DNA of 64,000 nucleotides, from positions 15,191 to 79,190 of the forward strand of contig JAKQKE010000021.1 in assembly GCA_029560805.1 (NCBI GenBank), written 5' to 3'. Made by a program: the position numbers and the translations under genes. This DNA comes from Spirochaetota bacterium (GTDB lineage: Bacteria > Spirochaetota > Spirochaetia > Treponematales > UBA12059). Positions 58,321-64,000 of the stretch are shown piece after piece (position 1 is the first letter of the stretch; each line of letters starts with the position of its first letter). Under the pieces are notes generated by a model. The model did no database searches and was not told the DNA's origin. It was given only the letters and a program-made list of their open reading frames with translations.

Positions 58321-59049
58321 TCAGCCGCCATAGAGCTCATCCAGAACGCGTTTCTTGTTGTCGGCGGCCTGCTTCCTCTTCTCGTCTACCCTGGTCGTCG
58401 AGATGATGCGGTCGTACACATCGGAGGCCTCCTGGAACCGGCCCGAGCCGTACAGGGCGCGCGCGTAGACGAACATCGCGTCGACATTCTTCGTCTCGAT
58501 GCCGAGCAGGGTCTCGAGCGGCCCGATGGCGGACTCGTGGTCTTCGAGCTCGAAGGTGTACAGCACCGCCAGGCCGTATAACGCCTTGGTATTGCGAGGC
58601 TCTATCTCGATCGAGCGCCGATACGCGCCGACAGCGGCCGCGAGCCACTCGGCGCGCGAGGCTGCCCCGCCGCCCGGCTGAGCCGCCGCGGTCTTGGAGA
58701 GGAAGGCCGCCGACATGCCAGCTACATAGTAGATGCCGGATGAATCCGGATAGTGCCTGAGCGCCTTCGTCGCAGCATCGTACGCGTCGCCGTACAGGCC
58801 CTTGTCAAGATAACGGACGGCGAGCATGCGCCAGTAGGTACCGACCTTCTCCATCGCGGCGGCGGTCTTCTCGACCTCGTCGCCGTACCGTCGGATGCCT
58901 TCCTTCAGCTCCTCGATGGTCGACGGAGGAGCGCCCTTGGATGACCTCGACTCCAGGTCGAACATGCGCTCGATAAAAGTCGCATCGTCGCCGCCGCACG
59001 ATGACAGCGTCGCTACCGCCGCCAGGGCCAGGATTATCGTTCGCCTCAT
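58321..59049 (-). CDS. TPR-containing lipoprotein
   Basis: Lipobox LSS-C after signal peptide; TPR helices (A...Y..AL...P, Y.RSIEIEPRN..A.Y.LA); ATG coupled to xerD stop. Confidence 0.8.
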   Translation of the reverse strand: MRRTIILALAAVATLSSCGGDDATFIERMFDLESRSSKGAPPSTIEELKEGIRRYGDEVEKTAAAMEKVGTYWRMLAVRYLDKGLYGDAYDAATKALRHYPDSSGIYYVAGMSAAFLSKTAAAQPGGGAASRAEWLAAAVGAYRRSIEIEPRNTKALYGLAVLYTFELEDHESAIGPLETLLGIETKNVDAMFVYARALYGSGRFQEASDVYDRIISTTRVDEKRKQAADNKKRVLDELYGG

Positions 59050-59999
59050 CAGCTTGCCCTCCCCGTATCGGAGACGCCATCCCGAGCCTCGGCGCTTGCC
59101 CCTTGGGCGCGGTCGCCGGATCGAGGGAAATACGCCGCGTGGGCGACCGCGAGGTCCTCCGCGTCGACGTGAGTATAGATCTGAGTCGTCGAGATATCCG
59201 CGTGCCCGAGTAGCTCCTGCACGGTTCGTAGGTCGGCACCGCCGGCTAGGAGGTGCGTGGCGAAGGAATGCCTGAGCGAGTGCACCTTGCCGTCGACGCC
59301 GCTCGCGTCGCGCAGCTCGGAGAAGCGCTTCCAGACGCCCTTCCTCGAGATACCGGCGCCGGATCGGTTGAGGAAGACGCGGTCGCTCCGCCTGCCCTTC
59401 TCGAGCGCCGGCCGGCCCTCCTCCAGGTAGCGGGTCAGCCACGAACGGGCCTCGTCCCCGAAGGGCAGGATACGCTCCTTGCGCCGCTTGCCGACGACGC
59501 GGATGAAGCGTTCCTTCAAGTACAGGGAATCGAAGGTCAGCGACGCTGCCTCCGAGATGCGCAGGCCGCAGGAGTAGATCAGCTCGAACAGCGCGCGGTC
59601 GCGCAGACCGCCCGGAGTCGCGACGTCTATCGAGCCGAGCATCAGATTGACGTCATCGGCGCGGATGACGTCCGGCAGACTGCGTTCCTGCCTGGGGCTC
59701 TCCAGGAGCTCGGTCGGGTCGTCGGAGCGCAGCCCCTCGAGGCGCAGGTACTTGAAGAAGCCGCGTATGCCCGACATGATCCTGGCCATCGTCCTGGCCG
59801 AGAGGCCGGATGAGCGGCGGTACGCGAGGTATTCGAGTATATCCGTCACGAGCGCCGTCTCGACGGCCAGGCCGCGCTCGCCCAGCCACGAGGCCAGCGA
59901 GCGCGCCTCGCGGACGTAGGCCTCGAGCGTTAGCGGCGAGCGCCTCCTGGCGGCGAGGAGCCAGGCGCCGTAGCGGTCTATCGAATCCCGGCCCGCCAC
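59049..59999 (-). CDS. xerD: Tyrosine recombinase XerD
   Basis: [56 protein letters not shown]. Confidence 0.88.
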   Translation of the reverse strand: MAGRDSIDRYGAWLLAARRRSPLTLEAYVREARSLASWLGERGLAVETALVTDILEYLAYRRSSGLSARTMARIMSGIRGFFKYLRLEGLRSDDPTELLESPRQERSLPDVIRADDVNLMLGSIDVATPGGLRDRALFELIYSCGLRISEAASLTFDSLYLKERFIRVVGKRRKERILPFGDEARSWLTRYLEEGRPALEKGRRSDRVFLNRSGAGISRKGVWKRFSELRDASGVDGKVHSLRHSFATHLLAGGADLRTVQELLGHADISTTQIYTHVDAEDLAVAHAAYFPRSGDRAQGASAEARDGVSDTGRAS

Positions 60000-60002
60000 C
60001 GT

Positions 60003-61232
60003 CTAGACCCCGCTCCGCTCCGAGGCCGGACGGCGCTCGCGTAGCACGGTGGGAATATCGAGTTCGTCGGCGTCGTTGCGGCCCATCAGGTAGCCTTTCT
60101 GCTTAGGCTCGACGATGGTGCGCCACTCGTCGGCGGACAGGAAGTCATCCAGCTCCTTGGTCACGTCCTTGCGCGCCGGCGCGCTCGGCGCCAGCGGCTT
60201 GATGCTGCGGTCGAAGCCGGTGGCGATGACCGTGACGCTGACCTCGTCATCCGACGCGTCGTCGCTGACGATACCGGAGATGACGAGAGCGTTGGGGTCG
60301 GCATTCCGCGTGATGATACTGACGATCTCCTCGTACTCGGTCAGCGTGAAGCTCTCGCCGCCGGTCACGTTGATGAGGATGTTCTTGGCGCCGTCGATAC
60401 GGGCGTCCTCGAGGAGCGGGTTGGATACGGCCTTCTCGGCCGCCTCGACGGCGCGGTTGTCGCCGCGGGCGTAGCCTATGCCCATGATCGCGTCGCCCTG
60501 CCCGCTCATCACGGTGCTGACGTCGGCGAAGTCTATATTGATGTCGCCGGCCACGGTGATCAGGTCGGAGATGCCCTGTACGCCCTGCCTGAGCACGTCG
60601 TCGGCGAGCTTGAACGCCTCGCGTATCGGCGTGCGCTTCTCGACCACCTTGAGCAGGTGCTGGTTCGGGATGACGATCAGCGTATCGACGGCCTGCCTGA
60701 GCCTCTCGATGCCCTCCTCGGCCAGGCGCATCTTCACCTTGCCCTCGAAGTCGAAGGGCTTGGTGACGACCGCGACCGTGAGCGCGCCCTGCTCCTTGGC
60801 CACCTCGGCGATGATCGGAGCGGAGCCGGTACCGGTGCCGCCGCCCATACCGGCGGTGATGAAGACCATGTCGGCTCCCTGGACGGCCTCGGCGATCATC
60901 GCCCGGTCCTCGATCGCGGCTTTCTCGCCGACCTCGGGCTTGCCGCCGGCGCCGAGTCCGTGGGTCACCTTGGCGCCGAGCCCCAGCTTCACGTCGGCTC
61001 GCGACTTGGCGAGCGCCTGCAGGTCCGTATTGGCGACGATGAACTCGACGTTGCGCAGCCCCGCCTCGATCATCCTATTGACCGCGTTCGAACCGCCGCC
61101 GCCAGCGCCGATCACCTTGATGACCGTGGCGTTGCACTGTTCCTGCCCGGCGTCCCCGCGCGGCGCGTTCGTCGTATCGGCGGCCTCTGCCCGCCTGAAC
61201 GCCCCGACCTCGTCCACGACCCGTAGCGTCAT
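60003..61232 (-). CDS. ftsZ: Cell division protein FtsZ
   Basis: [25 protein letters not shown]-terminal LDIPTVLR. Confidence 0.98.
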   Translation of the reverse strand: MTLRVVDEVGAFRRAEAADTTNAPRGDAGQEQCNATVIKVIGAGGGGSNAVNRMIEAGLRNVEFIVANTDLQALAKSRADVKLGLGAKVTHGLGAGGKPEVGEKAAIEDRAMIAEAVQGADMVFITAGMGGGTGTGSAPIIAEVAKEQGALTVAVVTKPFDFEGKVKMRLAEEGIERLRQAVDTLIVIPNQHLLKVVEKRTPIREAFKLADDVLRQGVQGISDLITVAGDINIDFADVSTVMSGQGDAIMGIGYARGDNRAVEAAEKAVSNPLLEDARIDGAKNILINVTGGESFTLTEYEEIVSIITRNADPNALVISGIVSDDASDDEVSVTVIATGFDRSIKPLAPSAPARKDVTKELDDFLSADEWRTIVEPKQKGYLMGRNDADELDIPTVLRERRPASERSGV

Positions 61233-61309
61233 ATTCCCCTCCCGTATGCTCGTTTACAAATATCCGACCCCCGCCCGTGTCAGCGAGCCGGGGCCGGCCG
61301 TATCCTAAT

Positions 61310-62572
61310 TCAGAAGAACTCCTTGAGCCATTCGCCGAGGCGCTTGAACGGCGCGTCCGGCCGGGACTTCTGAGCCTTGGCCTTCTCGGCGCCGGAGGCC
61401 TTGCCCCTCGCGTCCGGCTCGGGCGCGCCGAGACGCTCGGAACCCAGCAGCACGAGGCCGACCGCGGTCGAGTACGCCGGGTTGCGGTACGCGTCGACGA
61501 GCCCGCCGAGCGACGCCGGCGCGCCGATCCTGACCGGCACCCCGAACACCTCGTACGCCAGCTCCGCCGCCCCGGGCATCAGCGCGCCGCCGCCGGTCAG
61601 CACGACGCCGCCCTTGACGTGTCGCCAGAAGCCGGGTTGCTCGACCTTCTCGCGAGCCAGCCTGAATATCTCCTCCATGCGCGGCTGGATCACGCTGGCA
61701 ACCTTGGCCTTCGCTATCTCCTGGGGCGGCCTGCCGCCGACTCCCGGCACGACGATGCTCTCGTCGAGCTCGACGTGCGGCAGGTAGCAACAGCCTGACT
61801 CGCGCTTGATACGCTCGGCGGCGTCCATCGGCACATTCAGGATGATCGACAGGTCGTTCGTGACCTGCGAGCCGCCGGCTCCCACCGACGCGCTGAAGTA
61901 CGGGGCGCCCTCCGAGTACATAAGTACGTCCGTGGTGCCGCCGCCGAGGTCGACGAGCAGGCAGCCCAGCTCCTTCTCGTCGGCCGTAAGCACGGCCCGC
62001 GACGCCGCGAGGCTCTGGAGTATCAGCCCATCGGCCTTGAAGCCGGCGCGGTTGACGCAACGGACCAGGTTCTGGGCCGTCGTCACCGAACCGGTGATGA
62101 TGTGCACCTCGGCCTCGAGCCTGACGCCTATCATGTCCAACGGATCGCGTATGCCCTTCTGGTCGTCGACGATGAAGGTCTGGGGGATCACGTGGAGGAT
62201 CTCCCTATCCATCGGAATGACGATCGCCCTGGCAGCCTCGATCACCCTGTCCACGTCGGACTGGCAGATCTCGCGCCCCTTGCCGGTCACCGCGACCACG
62301 CCGCGCGAATTGATGCCCTCGACATTCGCACCGGCGACGCCGACGAAGCAGTCGCGCGCCTCGCGCCCGGACATCAGCTCGGCCGCCTCGACGGCCTTCG
62401 TGACCGACTGCAGGGTCGCTTCGATATTGACGACGACGCCCTTGCGCAGGCCGGTGCTCGGGGCGACCCCGACGCCCGTGATCTCGAGAGTCCCGGATTC
62501 GTTATATTCGCCGATCACCGCGCAGGTCTTGGACGTGCCGATATCGAGCCCCACGATCAGATTGTCACCCAG
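61310..62572 (-). CDS. ftsA: Cell division protein FtsA, probable CTG start
   Basis: IVGLDIGTSK, LVDLGGGTTD, GGSQVTNDL, VLTGGGA, YSTAVGL. Confidence 0.95.
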   Translation of the reverse strand: MGDNLIVGLDIGTSKTCAVIGEYNESGTLEITGVGVAPSTGLRKGVVVNIEATLQSVTKAVEAAELMSGREARDCFVGVAGANVEGINSRGVVAVTGKGREICQSDVDRVIEAARAIVIPMDREILHVIPQTFIVDDQKGIRDPLDMIGVRLEAEVHIITGSVTTAQNLVRCVNRAGFKADGLILQSLAASRAVLTADEKELGCLLVDLGGGTTDVLMYSEGAPYFSASVGAGGSQVTNDLSIILNVPMDAAERIKRESGCCYLPHVELDESIVVPGVGGRPPQEIAKAKVASVIQPRMEEIFRLAREKVEQPGFWRHVKGGVVLTGGGALMPGAAELAYEVFGVPVRIGAPASLGGLVDAYRNPAYSTAVGLVLLGSERLGAPEPDARGKASGAEKAKAQKSRPDAPFKRLGEWLKEFF

Positions 62573-63506
62573 AGACAGCCTCCTTTGTCCGGTACACGAA
62601 CGTGTCGGTCCGCAGGTCCAGCTCGCGGATGCCGGGGGACAGTCCCTCCCCCTCGACGACGTCAAGGACGAGCATCATAGACTTCAGTAGCCCGGCGTTC
62701 AATACGGGCCGCATCCTGACCGGTACCCGGTAGTCCGTCGGGTACAGGAGTAGCTCGGCCGGGAGCCCGGGCTTCGAGACGACGCGCAGCTCGGAGATTG
62801 CCGATACCAGGGCGGGGCTCGCCTCGGCGACCTCGGCGAGCGACGACAGGAGCTCGGAGAACGGGAAACCGAGCTTGATCCCATAGCTCAGGCCCCGTAT
62901 CTCGACGCCGGACAGCACCGGCAGGGCCGACGAGCCCGGATACATCGAGGCCGGCGCGAACACGACGCCTTCGGAATCGACGCAGTGCGCCTCGGTGCGG
63001 CCGGAATCGCCGCGGGCGTACACCACCGCTATAGGCCTGCGCTCGACCACCGCGACGGCTACCGTATCGGGAAAACGCGTCTCGACCGAGACGCTGGCCA
63101 CGCGCGGGTGGGCCGACAGGCAGGCGGCCACGGCCCCGCGGTCGACCGAGAACCAATGCTGGCGCTCCGAAAGGCCGGACCACGCGTACAGCTCGCGCTC
63201 CCCTATCGTGACGGCCCCGGATACGGTGAGGCCCCTCACCTCGGTGCGTGGTAACGCGAAGGCCGCTACGCCGGCCACAGCGGCTATCGCCAGCAAGGTC
63301 GACGCGATGGCCACGGCCAGCCTCGGGCCCCCGGCCGCGCGGGCCGAGACGCCACCGGCGTTCCTGGCCATCGTGCGCGACGAGAGTCGGCTCGTGGAGT
63401 GGCCCGCGGAGCGACCGTCCCGAGCGCGCTCGCCCGGGTACTCGCCCGGGTAGCCTAGCGCCCTCGGAGGGGCGTAATCCCTGTCCGCCATCGCAAGCTC
63501 AGCCAT
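62565..63506 (-). CDS. ftsQ: Cell division protein FtsQ/DivIB
   Basis: TM followed by POTRA (V.V....PDTV.V.V.ER.P.A), ELDLR end; between ftsW and ftsA. Confidence 0.85.
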   Translation of the reverse strand: MAELAMADRDYAPPRALGYPGEYPGERARDGRSAGHSTSRLSSRTMARNAGGVSARAAGGPRLAVAIASTLLAIAAVAGVAAFALPRTEVRGLTVSGAVTIGERELYAWSGLSERQHWFSVDRGAVAACLSAHPRVASVSVETRFPDTVAVAVVERRPIAVVYARGDSGRTEAHCVDSEGVVFAPASMYPGSSALPVLSGVEIRGLSYGIKLGFPFSELLSSLAEVAEASPALVSAISELRVVSKPGLPAELLLYPTDYRVPVRMRPVLNAGLLKSMMLVLDVVEGEGLSPGIRELDLRTDTFVYRTKEAVSG

Positions 63507-64000
63507 GGTTTACGCTCCTCGAAACATTAAATAGAAGCCCGGCGCTAAGCGCGGCGGACACGAGCGAAGAGCCGCCCGACGAGAAGAACGGTAGCGGGAT
63601 ACCCGTAGCCGGAGCCGCGCCCGAGGCCACCATCACATTGAGGAGCGTCTGTATGCCTAAATAGCAAGCGATCCCGAAGGCCAGGTGGCTCCGGAACGTA
63701 TCCTCGGAACGGAATGCGACCCGGTACGCCCTCCAGAGGAATACCGCCCACAGGGCGGCGAAGGCCAGTACGCCCGCGAAGCCGGTCTCCTCGACCCAGG
63801 CCGCGAAGACGAAGTCCGACTGCACCTCGGGTATGCTCCTGAGCTTGAGCGAACCCTGGCCGATGCCCTTGCCCCAGAAGCCTCCCGAGCGGATGGCGCG
63901 AAGGGAGCCGTTCACCTGGTACGACAGGTCCGCCGGGTCGTAGCCCGGCGCCACGAAGCCGATCACGCGTTTGAGCCTGTAGTCGCTCGTCAGCACCGAC
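63499..64000 (-). CDS. ftsW: SEDS protein FtsW, 3' part only (runs off the window)
   Basis: YQ..SL.AI.SGG..GKGIG, PEVQSDFVFA..EE.GF, TGIPLPFFSSGGSS. Confidence 0.92.
   Translation of the reverse strand, partial: SVLTSDYRLKRVIGFVAPGYDPADLSYQVNGSLRAIRSGGFWGKGIGQGSLKLRSIPEVQSDFVFAAWVEETGFAGVLAFAALWAVFLWRAYRVAFRSEDTFRSHLAFGIACYLGIQTLLNVMVASGAAPATGIPLPFFSSGGSSLVSAALSAGLLFNVSRSVNHG

Noticed and set aside
54153-59999. Two tyrosine recombinases as evidence of an integrated element
   Set aside because: Both look like housekeeping XerC/XerD in a conserved core context; no att repeats, phage or cargo genes, or compositional shift.

Overview
High-GC spirochaete chromosome segment (Spirochaetota; Treponema/Rectinema-like gene set). 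It holds core genes only: no mobile element, CRISPR array, rRNA or tRNA was recognised. 1-20.5 kb is mixed housekeeping and signalling: HU/IHF, lnt, a REC-only response regulator, bactofilin, cinA, rho, rpmE, rdgB, an atypical sigma-70-like gene, a DHH phosphoesterase, nth, recQ, a PilZ protein, pgi, and murG-cvpA-holB-like-PAS kinase-sigma54 activator (Hk2/Rrp2-type locus). 20.5-64 kb is one minus-strand supercluster: ftsW-ftsQ-ftsA-ftsZ-xerD-TPR lipoprotein-dprA-topA-xerC-hslV-hslU, then the flagellar operon flgB to flhG, fliA and fapA, ending in a divergent Hsp70 and a J-domain/HEAT protein. The best candidate for an undescribed system is a correctly spaced sigma54 (-24/-12) promoter, with candidate upstream activator repeats, in front of an ECF-like sigma gene that has a split or duplicated region 4. 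With the sigma54 activator 11 kb away, this suggests an RpoN-to-alternative-sigma cascade analogous to Borrelia Rrp2-RpoN-RpoS. Other highlights: a flagellum-linked Hsp70/J pair, an M42 peptidase inside the flagellar operon, a membrane protein ending in a FliF-C-terminus-like helix, a structured rho leader, a polypurine tract before a sigma28 flgB promoter, and several internal sigma70 promoters. All assignments come from motif recognition by eye; no database searches were run.
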